A stretch of DNA of 63,645 nucleotides, counting the filler, from Globobulimina sp. (lineage: Eukaryota): assembly GCA_003354225.1 (NCBI GenBank). It is 42 parts of 42 records of this genome, joined end to end, with 100 filler letters (N's around TTAATTAATTAA, not from the genome) between each part and the next. Parts side by side here need not be neighbours in the genome. Positions count along the whole stretch, not along the records: positions 47,059 to 48,475 come from PIVH01017009.1; positions 48,576 to 49,992 come from PIVH01017010.1; positions 50,093 to 51,509 come from PIVH01017011.1; positions 51,610 to 53,026 come from PIVH01017012.1; positions 53,127 to 54,543 come from PIVH01017013.1; positions 54,644 to 56,060 come from PIVH01017014.1; positions 56,161 to 57,577 come from PIVH01017015.1; positions 57,678 to 59,094 come from PIVH01017016.1; 34 more parts are not named here. One strand, written 5' to 3'. Shown here one piece after another: positions 47,911 to 60,712 of this stretch (the stretch's first letter is position 1; every line of letters begins with the position of its first letter). The translations under genes and the position numbers were made by a program. The notes beneath the pieces are model-generated. The model saw nothing but the letters and a program-made list of their open reading frames with translations, was not told the DNA's origin and did no database searches.

Positions 47911-48576
47911 TAATTTATATTATTAATAACATTTTTGTGAATGCAATTATCCCCTTAATTTTTTATTTTTTAAGTAAGTAATTTAAGTTTGTTTGTTTTT
48001 AGATGTATTTGTTATGTATTTTTTGTTTTGTTAGTGTTTGGCTTTTTTTTTGTTTGTTTGGTCAGTGTCTTTTGTTTGGTGTTACGTTTTTCCTCTTTAT
48101 ATAATGCCTGTTAATTCAATAAAATATTTTTTTTTTCTGAAATGTGATAACTGTGAACGCGATATGTATTACAATGTATAATGTATTTATATATTAGCCA
48201 CTATATTTGTATGGTAATCAATTCTTTCCTTTTAATTTATTTATAAACTCTACTGTATACAGCAACGTTTTCTGTAAGTCTGAAATCGAATATTCTGACA
48301 TATACACTTGTCGATCGCAAATAAACTTTCCTATCTATGAGGAAATATGTACACAACCGCAAGAATTAATTTGATATCGACAACATATTAAGAAATCAAT
48401 TCGGTATACACAAATGTACACTGGTTTACTTAATACAAAAACGATTCAGACCTGCTATGTTTTTGTTATTTTGGTNNNNNNNNNNNNNNNNNNNNNNNNN
48501 NNNNNNNNNNNNNNNNNNNTTAATTAATTAANNNNNNNNNNNNNNNNNNNNNNNNNNNNNNNNNNNNNNNNNNNNA

Positions 48577-48978
48577 TTAGCAGATTATTATTGTAAAACA
48601 ATTCAAAATATGCACGACCCCGTCCAGACCATCACGCAATAACTAAATAAACACACAGCGACATCTGCTGACTCAGCACAAGCAAATACGGATATTTTAT
48701 TAAACAATTTAACCTCTTACAATAAATATTATATCATACCGAATGACGAAAAACAAAAAATCGAAATCGATGTCCAAACCTTAATATCGATCCAAAGCAA
48801 CGATCCGGTTTTACAAATCATTAAATATTATGTGCTGAACCAAAATGCGATAATATCTGACATCCATTTACATGACAGCATTAAACGAGATTTATATTCG
48901 GGCAAATATCATATAATTGAAAATGTGTTGTATTATTTTAATGTAAAACAAAATGTTTTGCAAATTCCCATCCCTCCG
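48577..48978 (+). mobile_element. Ty3/gypsy-like pol relic (RNase H-integrase linker)
   Basis: LADY..., LISIQSNDPVLQII, YHIIENVLYY, QIPIP; one in-frame TAA at 48640. Confidence 0.55.
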
Positions 48979-49255
48979 ATTCCAGTTTCAGATATAAATA
49001 CAAATCAAAATTGTAAGTCTTGCAACCAATCATGTTATAGAGTATCAAAAAATAATTTGTTCTGCGAAACGTGCAAACATTCGCCTGCTGCAACAACTAA
49101 ACCAAAAGTTAAAACTGTATACTTTTTTTATTGTCATATATTTTGTAATACGATTTATTTTTTTATATCAGATTGTAACACATAAAAAGAAAAAGAAAAA
49201 GAAAATAAGAGGTAAAAAAAAAAAGCACAGAAAAAAATCGCCACTCATAGCTGTA

Positions 49256-49992
49256 ATGGACAATAATGAGTCAGCAAAGGCAGCAAATGACGAATCACCA
49301 AATTCATTAGAAAGCATATCGTATTCCCCGCGGCCGTTAGCTATCAATGATATGAATGATATGAAAGGTAAAAATATAAATGGCACAATGTTTTATGGTG
49401 CGAGTTGTGTTTCGTTTGGGGATCAATTGGAAGATTGGCATGATTTGAAAGTGAATGCGTATACCTTTGTATATAATATGTATCAACGTATATTGATTTG
49501 TGGTGAATGTGATTTTTCATTCACTGAGTCGGTAATTAGTACGATTGGCGGTTGTGGCACAAATATCTGTGCCACCTCTTGGTATTATTACGCTAATCAA
49601 TGGTTGAAAAAAATTGCGCAGAGTATGGGGGAGGAAAACTTAGAATTTTGTGAATTTTCGGGTGTGAGTGTCACTTTTGGAGTGGACGCGAGATCGCTGC
49701 ATTTGACTGAAGCGAAATGGAATACATTGCATTGTGATACGTTCGATCGGATTATATTTACATTTCCGCGCGTTTTTGGTTCACGATTACAAAAAGAAAT
49801 ATATAATAAGGAGAATGAGGTATTATTAAGGAAAGTATTGCAATGTATAAAAGGTTATTTGTCGCAAAATGGTGAGATACATATTATGTTACTAAAAGGA
49901 CAGTTTTTTGATTGGAAAATAAAAACGATTTTGAATTCATTGGATTTGGAGATTGCATATTGGACAGAAATGAATGTGGATTTGTTAGCAAA
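49256..49992 (+). CDS. BMT5/DUF2431-like rRNA uridine-N3 methyltransferase domain protein (partial)
   Basis: RILICGECDFSFTESV, ICATS, VTFGVDARSL, FDRIIFTFP, NEVLLR..GEIHIML. Confidence 0.85.
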
Positions 49993-50093
49993 NNNNNNNN
50001 NNNNNNNNNNNNNNNNNNNNNNNNNNNNNNNNNNNNTTAATTAATTAANNNNNNNNNNNNNNNNNNNNNNNNNNNNNNNNNNNNNNNNNNNNT

Positions 50094-50678
50094 AGTTGTC
50101 TGACTGACTTCGGGCTGACCAAAGACTTAGGTCCTGACAACGAGGACTCGCACACTTTGTGCGGTACGCCCGAATACTTGGCACCAGAGATTGTGATGAA
50201 TTTAGGCCATGGAAAGGCTGTGGATTGGTGGGCTTTGGGCATATTGTTATACGAGTTGACGGTGGGAATCCCGCCCTTTTACTCGCAGAATGTCAACGAA
50301 ATGTACCGCAAGATCCAGGAGGCGCCGTTATTGTTTCCACCGAATTTGTCCAATCCGTGCAAGGATTTGGTGACCAAACTGTTGGAACGCGATCCAAAGC
50401 GGAGGATGGGGTCTTCGGTGGCCGATATTAAGGATATTATGAGGCACCCTTTCTTTGGCAACATTGATTGGGACAAGTTGTATAAGCGAGAGATTGAGGC
50501 GCCGTATAAGCCGAATGTCAAAGGGATTGATGACACGTCGAATTTTGATGACATGTTTTTGAAAGAAGCGGTGGTGGATTCTCATGTGGCTCCGCCGACG
50601 TTGCATGCAAACAAAAAAGATGGCTTTGATGGGTTTACGTTTGCGCCCAAAGGCGGCGCACTGCACGGCCATCAATGA
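50094..50678 (+). CDS. AGC kinase (PKB/SGK/S6K-like) C-terminal half
   Basis: LTDFGLTK, TLCGTPEYLAPE, AVDWWALG, DTSNFD, hydrophobic motif FDGFTF. Confidence 0.95.
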   Translation, partial: SCLTDFGLTKDLGPDNEDSHTLCGTPEYLAPEIVMNLGHGKAVDWWALGILLYELTVGIPPFYSQNVNEMYRKIQEAPLLFPPNLSNPCKDLVTKLLERDPKRRMGSSVADIKDIMRHPFFGNIDWDKLYKREIEAPYKPNVKGIDDTSNFDDMFLKEAVVDSHVAPPTLHANKKDGFDGFTFAPKGGALHGHQ

Positions 50679-51609
50679 GGATATTGCTCTTTATTTTTAA
50701 TAATATATATTTAATTTCTTCCGCTTGTTCATTTTTATTTTTGTAATTTGAGAACCTTTGTAATTTACTAATTTATTAATTTGCTCACTTTTTTTTTTAT
50801 GTTTGACGTACGTTTGTTAGTTTTATTTTTTTGTCAGAGCGAAGCAATATTGTCTTCCCTCCTTTTAGTTTTTTTAATTGTTATGAGCAATATTTTGTTT
50901 TTAATTGGATACGAAAAAAAACAGATGAAATTTAGATCTCGTTGTCGGAAACAGTGCAATGATGAGTTAGTTATCGAAAATCACAACAATTCGTAACTAA
51001 CGTCGTGTTTGAAGAAATTAGCTAATCTATAAATAATACGTAATATCAAAACGGAGTGGAAACATGGCAAAAAGATAACACTTAATTTAAAGATTTTAAG
51101 TTTTTCACGAAGTGAGCTAGTCAATCCAAAAAAAAAAGGGAAATCAAAAAACATTTCTCTGAGGCACAATTTACAATTGGCACAGGCAGTGAGCCACATC
51201 ACAGATGCACAGTTTAATCAATGATCAATGAATTGAGTTCGCGCCGATGTCCCATAAATCATATGTTGTTACATCACGCAATGTTATAAATATATAGGTT
51301 TAGCTGTTAGTATAAAACAAAAGGTTCGGTATCTCAATGATAGAGAATGCGTCTGCGATTTCGGTCGTGTCAGCAGGTTTACCTGCATCAATATGGTGGT
51401 TACTAACCAAACTCTCGTTGGACTGCTTGGATCTCGCGGTTTTGAGGTCCCCTGAAAATAATCCAAGGATTAACAGGCCGTAATTTGTCTGCATAATACA
51501 GTTCAACCANNNNNNNNNNNNNNNNNNNNNNNNNNNNNNNNNNNNNNNNNNNNTTAATTAATTAANNNNNNNNNNNNNNNNNNNNNNNNNNNNNNNNNNN
51601 NNNNNNNNN

Positions 51610-52107
51610 TATGATTTTGATGGCGTTTTAACGCGTTTATCGCATCGATATTTTCAACATTGGACAGAGTTTGATGTCAATGGTTTAAGTTTGACGCATT
51701 TAAATAATATTTTTGGTGACGATGAGCGAATAAATAATTTATTAAAACATCTAAATTTTTTAACAGAAAATAAAATTAAAATATTGTGTATTTCTCATGA
51801 AACAACAAATAAAATTAATACAATCTTTAAAAAATTGCAATTTTCTAAATATTTTAATGCAAATACAATAATTGGATGTGATCATAAATTGATTAAAAAT
51901 AAGAATTTGAAGCTATTTATTTTAAATCTAATACAAATGCAAGAAATTGATTATGATGAATTATTATATATTTCTGCCAATGATGAAAACGTGCAACATT
52001 TCGCTGATATAAATCTTTGCGTTACATACAAAATAATATCGCATGGCTCCCACCATGGCCTCAATCAAAGCGATATTAATAATATACAATCTACGATACA
52101 GACTTAA
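51610..52107 (+). CDS. HAD-like hydrolase domain (5' partial)
   Basis: Frame open from 51610 with YDFDGVLT; motif IV is degenerate (LLYISANDENV). Confidence 0.6.
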   Translation, partial: YDFDGVLTRLSHRYFQHWTEFDVNGLSLTHLNNIFGDDERINNLLKHLNFLTENKIKILCISHETTNKINTIFKKLQFSKYFNANTIIGCDHKLIKNKNLKLFILNLIQMQEIDYDELLYISANDENVQHFADINLCVTYKIISHGSHHGLNQSDINNIQSTIQT

Positions 52108-52392
52108 TTGTTGTTATTTTCCCTTTAAACTATGAGTTTATTGAGCTAGTTACCTGTTTGTAGCAATTGTAATTTCACCAAAAATTATATATTAAAATAA
52201 ATAGTTTAACCAACAACCAAAAGCACTCGTTTTTGTGCCTGAAATAATTAATTTTGTGCAGAGTGCAGACAGAAAGGAATCAGCTGTCAAGGCAGATCAG
52301 AGTGTATTAGAGAACAGGCTAATTGGATCCTATTCCGTTCTCATTGTGGTTTTCTCAAAAAAACAGTCACACACAGCTAGCTACTCCATATC

Positions 52393-53012
52393 ATGAAATT
52401 TAATAAGTGTATGAATCAGTGTTAATTAAATAAATATCATACCAATAAGAATAAATTCTAAATAAATAGATGTGTCGTCATCGAGAAGAAAAGCTCGTAG
52501 AAGACATTTTAATGCGCCCTCACATATTCGTCGTGAAATAATGGGCGTTGCAGTATCAAAACAATTGTGTCGCGACTATGGTGTGCCTCGATTGACATTA
52601 CCAATTCGTAGAGACGATGTGGTCAAAGTAACAACGGGGAAATTCAAGGACGAAGCACCTGCAAAAGTTGTAAGAGTCCATAGGAAAATGTACAGATTGT
52701 TTATCGAAAATATTCAAAGAGAAAAAGCAAATGGTTGGGTATTGAATGATTCATCAAATGTTTGAATAAAACAAAACAAAACAAAAATAATACAAAAAAT
52801 AAACAGGAGCTCAAGTAAAAGTACCTGTCCATTATTCGAATGTTGTAATTACAAAATTAAAGCTTGATGGTTATCGAAAAAATTTAATTAAAAAAAAAGT
52901 ACGAAGGAAATTGTTGGCGCGCAAAAGAATCGGCTTAGATCCAAGCGGTCTAAAACAAATTAAGAAAGCTGACAAAAAAGAAAAGGTTGAAAGTAAAGTT
53001 GATTTGGATTAA
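52393..53012 (+). CDS. RPL26: 60S ribosomal protein uL24 (L26), complete, three exons
   Basis: Exons 52393-52408, 52470-52733, 52807-53012; MKFNKYVSSSRRKARRRHFNAPSHIRR, LPIRRDDVVKV, REKANGAQVKVPVHYSNVVITKLKLD. Confidence 0.97.
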
Positions 53013-53128
53013 AATTATTTCATTAANNNNNNNNNNNNNNNNNNNNNNNNNNNNNNNNNNNNNNNNNNNNTTAATTAATTAANNNNNNNNNNNNNNNNNN
53101 NNNNNNNNNNNNNNNNNNNNNNNNNNCC

Positions 53129-54331
53129 GCCGGACTCTCAGCGATTTCTGGCGATGCTGCAGCTGTGGCTGACTTTGACGCCGCTGTACGTTCCTTCATT
53201 ACAAAGTTCCCAATGTTCCTAGATTCAGACATCTATTTAAGCTCTGAGTCATTTGGTGGACATTATATGCCATTGACAGCGCTACAAATCATGAAAAACA
53301 ATGAGTTGGAGCTGACTCCGCAAGTCAATTTGAAAGGTTTTATGGTTGGTAATCCGTATACTAATTACTATGAAAATACCATAGGTGCTATGGAGGCATT
53401 TTATGGACATGGTTTAATGCGCAACGATATGTATGAGACTTGGCGCCATTTCTGCTTTGGTGACGAGACTGCAATGGCTGACACCCACTGTAAAATGTTG
53501 TATATGGTAGGATATTATGAGGCGGATAACACCGATCATTATGCTTTGGATTTCGATTATTGCCCAGATGATATTTCATGGGAACATAGCAAATCGAAGT
53601 TAAAGCATAGATTGATGCAAAGGAGGTTTATAACTCGCATTGTGACTGATTTGTTAGCTAAGTTTGAGACAGATGCGGCGTGGGAGAGTTACAACGAAAA
53701 CACGATTCGGCCGCTTTTTAGCGCTGTGAGTAAGAAGAAACGCAGCGGGAAAATAAAGTTAATGTCTCGCAGCGATGTGGTACGATTTGAAGCTGAAAGT
53801 GAAGCAAAACAGGAACGAAGGCGATTAAATATTCAATGGGCTTTGAATGCAGAATATTATCCGTGTGCTGCTGACTTGATGACTGCTTATTTGAATCAGG
53901 AGGATGTGCAGAGCGCGTTGCATGTAAATAATGTGGAATGGGGGATGTGTAATAATGAGATATTTGCAGCATGGCCGGATAGTGATTGGGATAATAAAAT
54001 GCAACCATATTATGCACAGTTGGCAGCTAAATATCCGGAATTGAAAATATTGGTATTTAGTGGCGATGATGACAGTGTTTGTGGATTGCATGGCACACAG
54101 TATTGGTTGGATAATATGGATGAGTATGGATGGAGTGTGGATTCTGATAATGAGTGGATTCCATGGCAACATAATGAGCAATTAGCGGGATATCAGACTA
54201 CCTATTTGACGCAGAATGGTGATGTTGCATTGTATTTTTATACTGTGCGGTCCGCGGGACATATGGTGCCACAAACGCAGCCGTCTCGAGCGCTAGCATT
54301 GTTGAGGAAGTTTTTGGATGAAATGGAATGA
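53129..54331 (+). CDS. Serine carboxypeptidase S10 (5' partial)
   Basis: ESFGGHY, NLKGFMVGNP, FSGDDDSVC, TVRSAGHMVP catalytic triad motifs. Confidence 0.96.
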   Translation, partial: AGLSAISGDAAAVADFDAAVRSFITKFPMFLDSDIYLSSESFGGHYMPLTALQIMKNNELELTPQVNLKGFMVGNPYTNYYENTIGAMEAFYGHGLMRNDMYETWRHFCFGDETAMADTHCKMLYMVGYYEADNTDHYALDFDYCPDDISWEHSKSKLKHRLMQRRFITRIVTDLLAKFETDAAWESYNENTIRPLFSAVSKKKRSGKIKLMSRSDVVRFEAESEAKQERRRLNIQWALNAEYYPCAADLMTAYLNQEDVQSALHVNNVEWGMCNNEIFAAWPDSDWDNKMQPYYAQLAAKYPELKILVFSGDDDSVCGLHGTQYWLDNMDEYGWSVDSDNEWIPWQHNEQLAGYQTTYLTQNGDVALYFYTVRSAGHMVPQTQPSRALALLRKFLDEME

Positions 54332-54643
54332 TTTTTTGATTCTCATTTTGTTTGCTTTTGTTGTTGAATGAGTATTAATTTTTAATTTTATAGCTTTTTT
54401 TTTTTACAATAATCATTATGATAAAAGTGCATATTAGACTTTTTATGCTTACACTTCTAAACACTTCTTTTGTGATTGGCAATGTTTTTGGGTTAGCTAG
54501 AGTGTTTTTAGTTTGATTTTCTTTTTCATTTATTCATGCATTTNNNNNNNNNNNNNNNNNNNNNNNNNNNNNNNNNNNNNNNNNNNNTTAATTAATTAAN
54601 NNNNNNNNNNNNNNNNNNNNNNNNNNNNNNNNNNNNNNNNNNN

Positions 54644-55623
54644 TTTATCCCAAAAATACATCGTCCCGTCGCCGCCCGCCGAGCAAAACGTGTCATATTT
54701 GCGATGGAATTTTATTGAATTCACAGCATAGACATTTTGTTTTTTCCTATGACATTTAAATGCAAAATTCTTCTGATTCTGACTATTTTGATTCTGATTC
54801 TGATTTATATGATGTATGGCACAGCGCCCTTCCACAGAACCAACCGCAAACCCTTTTTGATTGGGAAACATAGCAATACATCGCAATTGATATTTTAATA
54901 ATGTTTTCATTTCAGTCATAGGTTTACTCGGATTGCGTAGATCAAAGATTGCAACTTTTTTATTTGCCAACGCTACACATAACAAAGGATAATTTAAATC
55001 CATCGCATAAACTCTTTCTGATAACTTCACGGTCCCAACGGCTTTCAACTGCCCTTTATAATTATTCTGGTTCTGATTGCAATTATCATTGTATTTGTTG
55101 TAAGATACGCTTTGTTTTATATCCCAACATTTTAACTGTTTGTCCCATCCGCCACTTAGAAGTTGTCCGCTTTCTGACGATAATACGATGCGACGAATGG
55201 CTTCGTCATGATAGCCGATTACCGATGGTGTGGCTTGCGAGGGGTTCCATTGTTTGATTATGCGATCACAGCCAGCGGAGAGTATATTATTACCATCAGA
55301 GCTCCATATTACATCTAATGCTGGTGCAGAATTCTTATATTCTCCACTTTTGGTACTTGATCCCGTTTCACTGTTAAAGCTATATGCTTTCACCTTTAAA
55401 TGGTGCACAACAATGCAATTTCTTTTTTTTTCCGAGCAAACAAACACACCGTACAATCCCAAGAGGCGCAGGCTAACATATTTTGGGTTGGACTCCATTT
55501 AATTGCTTGGATTGAATCACTTGGTGGATCGTTAAGCCTGGCATCATCGTTTGGATTCTCTGGTCGAGCACTCGTTGCTGGGGTTGGTGGGTTGAAATTA
55601 GAGTGGAAATTAGAAAAGGACAT
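54644..55623 (-). CDS. RAE1: mRNA export factor Rae1/Gle2 (WD40; spliced, 3' partial)
   Basis: Exons 55623-55450 and 55393-54644; PPSDSI, LKYQLRCIAMF, GSVEGRCAI, FAFKCHR, AGGDGTMYFWDK. Confidence 0.93.
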
Positions 55624-55739
55624 AGTTGTTGATATTATGCAATACAATTAAAAAAAACTTCACTACTAAACTCTATTCATCATCACCATCACACCTCAAC
55701 TTTACAACCACTCTTAATTTGCAAACAACATCAACAAAA

Positions 55740-56024
55740 ATGGGCTGTTGTATGTCTCAAATGCCACCGCCAATTGAATCACCAGAAATAGTGCCGTCAA
55801 GAACGAACACTATGTCGAGCAAACACGTCGATCTTAAACGATATTCAATTAAAACAGAACCGAAACTATCATCATCTACAACGAAATCTGATGATTCCCA
55901 GGAATCAAAAAGTAAAAGTAAAACCAAAGAGGATTCTTCATTTACCCCCGAAGAGTTTGATAATGTTCCAAGTGCATCCATTCCACGCTCAAAATCCGAG
56001 TTTCAGCTTAAAATGGAAGAGTGA
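55740..56024 (+). CDS. Small S/K-rich protein with MGCC lipidation start
   Basis: ATG in aaaaATG context; frame stays open past the TGA to the contig end. Confidence 0.5.
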   Translation: MGCCMSQMPPPIESPEIVPSRTNTMSSKHVDLKRYSIKTEPKLSSSTTKSDDSQESKSKSKTKEDSSFTPEEFDNVPSASIPRSKSEFQLKMEE

Positions 56025-56162
56025 AAAGGTGAATTATTGCGCGAGAAGCAAAAATTAAAANNNNNNNNNNNNNNNNNNNNNNNNNNNNNNNNNNNNNNNN
56101 NNNNTTAATTAATTAANNNNNNNNNNNNNNNNNNNNNNNNNNNNNNNNNNNNNNNNNNNNAT

Positions 56163-57410
56163 GTGAGAAAAGTATTAAATAAATCTCCAAATAACAACCC
56201 CCTACATAGAACAGTAATAAATGATATAACCGAAACCATTTCATTTAAATTAGTAACAGCTGCAGAAAACTCCATTGGACGTAAATCATATTACAATGGA
56301 TACAAACCTTGGTGGAATAACAAAATAAGCATATTAAAGAAAAAAACTAGGAAATGTCATAATAAAATGAATAAATTTATAAGGAAAATTAAATATGAAA
56401 CCATTAATTCATATCGATACGATATATTTCACAGGGAACTCCAGAATGCAATAACCAAATTTAAACACTTCAGAAACCAAAAAACCCGCGAATTGCGCAA
56501 AGCGCAATTTGAATATAATAAGAAACTAAATTACCAAATACAACACGCAAAATCACACTCCAGAATATTTTATCGCTCATTGAAACAGAAGAATTATAAT
56601 AATGCAAATAATATTCCTCCCATTTTTACAGGTATCGGTACAGAAACTACTTCGGACCCGATACAACAAGCCACATTAATTCACCAACATATTAGTAACC
56701 CGCCTAAACCATATATCCAACCCAAACATACTAACTTCCACCATAAAATCAACCACAACGCAAACTTCATAATCAATGATATAAATAACAAACTGCCGTC
56801 ACTAACAAATAACCCGAATGATCTGTTGAATTCTGAGATATTGTTCTATGAAGTCAGGAACTGTGCGGCTGAATTGGATTCCGATAAGGCGATAGGAATT
56901 GATGATATACATAATAAATTGATTATAAACGGGGGAGTCCCTCTATTCAAGATACTCACCCAACTATTTAATCTCTGTCTGAAATATCATATTTTTCCTA
57001 ACCACTGGAATCAGGCAAATATTGTCCCAATTCCCAAACCAGGCAAGGACCATAGATATTCAACGAATTATAGACCAATTGCGATATCATCCTGTTTAGG
57101 ACGAATGTTTGAAAGAATACTATCAAAAAGATTGCAAGCTTTCTGCGTTGAGAATAACATCTTTAATAATAACCAATGTGGATTCCAAATTAATAAAGCC
57201 ACAGAGGATATGCTCACTTATTTTTTACAAGATGCGTATGAATGCCTTGAACATACCAGTGATTTGGATGCAATCTTCACGGATTTATCCAAAGCATATG
57301 ACACTGTCTGGCATAATGGCCTGTTTGCTGATGACACCATCTTTTGGACAACGCCCGGACGACAAACCGATATCAGGGACCATAATAACGCAATTGATTT
57401 TCAACGATAA
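56163..57410 (+). mobile_element. Non-LTR retrotransposon ORF2 reverse transcriptase, internally deleted
   Basis: KPWWN, KAIGIDDI, IVPIPKPGKD..NYRPIAISSCLGRMFERI, QCGF, DLSKAYDTVWH, FADD. Confidence 0.92.
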
Positions 57411-57677
57411 AAACCAATTAAATGACAACGTCTGCTTACTCAGTATCCGTGGAGTCCAATTATTAGAGCCAATAACATTGCCACTAATCCCGCAAATAAA
57501 TCACTCCCATCACAATAATAGTATGGTATTATTGGACCAAAAAATCAATTCCTCCGCCGACGATGATATTATAAATGNNNNNNNNNNNNNNNNNNNNNNN
57601 NNNNNNNNNNNNNNNNNNNNNTTAATTAATTAANNNNNNNNNNNNNNNNNNNNNNNNNNNNNNNNNNNNNNNNNNNN

Positions 57678-58737
57678 ATACCTAAATACATTTTACAATT
57701 CTTTTTAATTTCCTTCCATGTTTTAAATTGCCACGAATTCCGATATTGTTCATCTTTCATTTCATTTTGCAATATTTCATAACATTTCGCAATCAATTTA
57801 TTCACGGAACATGTATCAAATTCAATTTTATTTTTCACAAAATATATTAATTCGCCGTCTTCTTTAACATTTTTAACTAAAGTTGTTTTATTGCACAATA
57901 AGACAGCAATAACCATATAAAGACCAATCTGTTGGCTTTGCGTAGCAATCATAAAGTCGTAGAGCCTCAAAATAAGATCAAAATCAGTAATGGATGAATG
58001 TGCAAACCATGAGGTATACCATTCCATTACAAATGATACATCTTCTTCTCCGCCAAAAGTCATTGATTTTAACCATTTGCAGTAATAATTATCATATTTT
58101 TTCAATAAGCGCCACAAACCATATTTAGCTGTTAAACGACCAAAACCATTACAACTTAACAGCAAATCTGATCGAAATATATGAAGATAGGCCACAATGA
58201 TCCTTTGCGCAAGATATAGATTGCCATTTGTAATCAGGTAAAATAATGCAAACACAGAGTCAAATGATTGCATATAATTAAATTCTGAATGTTGTTCAAA
58301 AACGGAAGTCAGTAATGTGCCAATCTGTGAGAGGTCGTAGCTCTTTTGAAATTCGGAATAATTTGATGTTTTATTCCATCTGTCATGGCATGTCAGGTCA
58401 GGTCAAACTAAAATAAATAAAGTAAATAGAGATTAAGTTTGCTAACATACCGTGGATATCCATTTCGACCGAAATCTCGAGTAATTGTTTCTGAATAATT
58501 GGATGTTGTATCTTGCTTTTTAAAATCATTGAAATTATGACAATCAAAACCAAATTTATCATTTGTCCCTTTATCGTAAACATCTAAACCACCACATCCT
58601 AAGAATATTGCGTAGCAGCGCAGCCTGATTGTATTATTTGAACCGAATCCTTGGGTAATTCCAATTTGTTTTAAATTCTCAAAATCTTTTGATTTCAAAC
58701 ATTTTTCAACATCTTTTGACCTCGGTGTCAATGCCAT
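57678..58737 (-). CDS. TBC-domain RabGAP (TBC1D20/Gyp8-like; spliced, 3' partial)
   Basis: Intron 58450-58380; ITRDFGR (Arg finger), YMQSFD (Gln finger), WYTSWFAH, LRLYDF. Confidence 0.88.
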
Positions 58738-59194
58738 TGCATGGAAAGATGGAAGATTTAAAGCAGATGAAGAATAAAATAAAAAACTATTATGGCGGTC
58801 TAGATTATAGTGTTATACGTTTTTTAATTATTATTCTATATATTTATATGTCTCATACTAGTACTAAATCCATCAAAATGCAAAACTAGATTTACTGGAG
58901 TTTCGCCTTAACGATATATTCAGATAGATAACCCCCCCTACCGAATATTTCCCTTACGTTTCCAGCAAACGTGAACCGAGAAAATGGTATACAGGGGGTG
59001 ATTCGCTACACATTGATAATATTATCAATCAATCAATCAATCAAAAAAACAAACAAACAAACAAACATAACAAAAATTCACAAACAAAAAAATANNNNNN
59101 NNNNNNNNNNNNNNNNNNNNNNNNNNNNNNNNNNNNNNTTAATTAATTAANNNNNNNNNNNNNNNNNNNNNNNNNNNNNNNNNNNNNNNNNNNN

Positions 59195-59578
59195 CAAAAC
59201 ATAAATAAAATATAATTGAACAACCAATAAACCAAAAGTAAGACCATATCCTAAACCATCATCATTATAAAGTATTCCATCTATGATCCATATAACACTA
59301 TTCACCACGAGCCAAAAACCATAGATTTTAGCTAATAATGCTTTATATAAACATGCTGATAATATTCCAATTATCGCTGCCAATGAACCGATACCAACAT
59401 AAATCCATAACCACCATAGGTTGTTATCAGATGATAACTCATAAAAATATTGAGACACCGGAGCTATTATCGATATGATGCATATCATTATCACGCCTAC
59501 TTTCAGTTCTATAAAACAACAACATGTTTGCCCCTGAAGATTTATCCTGCATTGAGTCTCTATTGAATTGTGATCCAT
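59195..59578 (-). CDS. Four-TM membrane protein with TCCCF start motif (3' partial)
   Basis: TCCCFIELKVGVIMICII followed by hydrophobic segments. Confidence 0.65.
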
Positions 59579-59880
59579 GATAGCTTTACGCGCAAGTGAC
59601 TCTTTTCAAGTGACTGTTTTCAGCATCGATTATGGCGACACAAAGACAGTATTTTTATAAAGAATAATACACAATTTAATTTATATCAGGCAAGGTATAA
59701 GCAAACCGTTTCTGGTGACTGATAAAGGTAAACACAATATAGGTTTGCCTTCGTTTCTCAGAAACAATAAAAATCTGACGCTGAAAACCGGATGCTCTTG
59801 AGCCTACACAAGTTAATACTTCGAGTTTTTCTGTGTGGTCAAGTGATCAACAGCTTCAGTAACATTATAAACGAAAAACA

Positions 59881-60611
59881 ATGCAAACAATAAGTAGCAT
59901 TCAGAAACAGCGATCAGTTTCTTCAAAAAATACACAAGAATGGCTTAAAGCCAATGATTTGCCGAATTTAATAAATGTGTTTGTATCTAAAGATGTAAAC
60001 ATTCCATATTTGGTAGGAATGGATGCCGATGAACTCAAGTTATAATTTAATGCATATATTTAAAATATGTCATCCATAATAATAATATATAAAACATTAT
60101 GTAGTGAATACCTAAAGAAATTCAACATCACTGCTACAGATAAAATCAGGTTACGATGTAAATTGCATCATTTGCGAGTAATGAAACAGAATGTTCGTAA
60201 ACGATCTGGCCATGGTTTATGTCATTCAGATGTAATATCAACGCAAAATGAGACAGAATTATATAATAAAAAACATGTTCAAAGTTTAAATATTAACGAT
60301 ATATTAAATTATAAAGATGAAGAAGTACTAAATAAGCTATTAAACCATCAAAACGGCATTCAAACGCTAATTAATTATTGTTTAAATTCATCAACATTAT
60401 TAAATAAAAATATGCATTCCTCATTAAGTTTAATTGAAAATGAATTCAATAATATTATCAATACAATAAATGATAAGAAAAATGAAATTGTAGCTAGCTT
60501 GCATGAAATACGAATGCAGAAACTCAATGAAATAAATAGATACATGTTGGAGTTAAAAGAGTATAGAGATATTTCAGTTTTTACCATGAATAATTGCATG
60601 AAATTGATAAA
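59881..60611 (+). CDS. SAM-like domain plus coiled-coil protein (spliced, 3' partial)
   Basis: EWLKANDLPNLINVF..LVGMDADELNEYLKKFNI..DKIRL after removing intron 60039-60104. Confidence 0.7.
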
Positions 60612-60712
60612 NNNNNNNNNNNNNNNNNNNNNNNNNNNNNNNNNNNNNNNNNNNNTTAATTAATTAANNNNNNNNNNNNNNNNNNNNNNNNNNNNNNNNN
60701 NNNNNNNNNNNT

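Noticed and set aside
51284-51509. Minus-strand ORFs at the contig end
   Set aside because: Possibly an exon fragment, but the frame and product cannot be determined.
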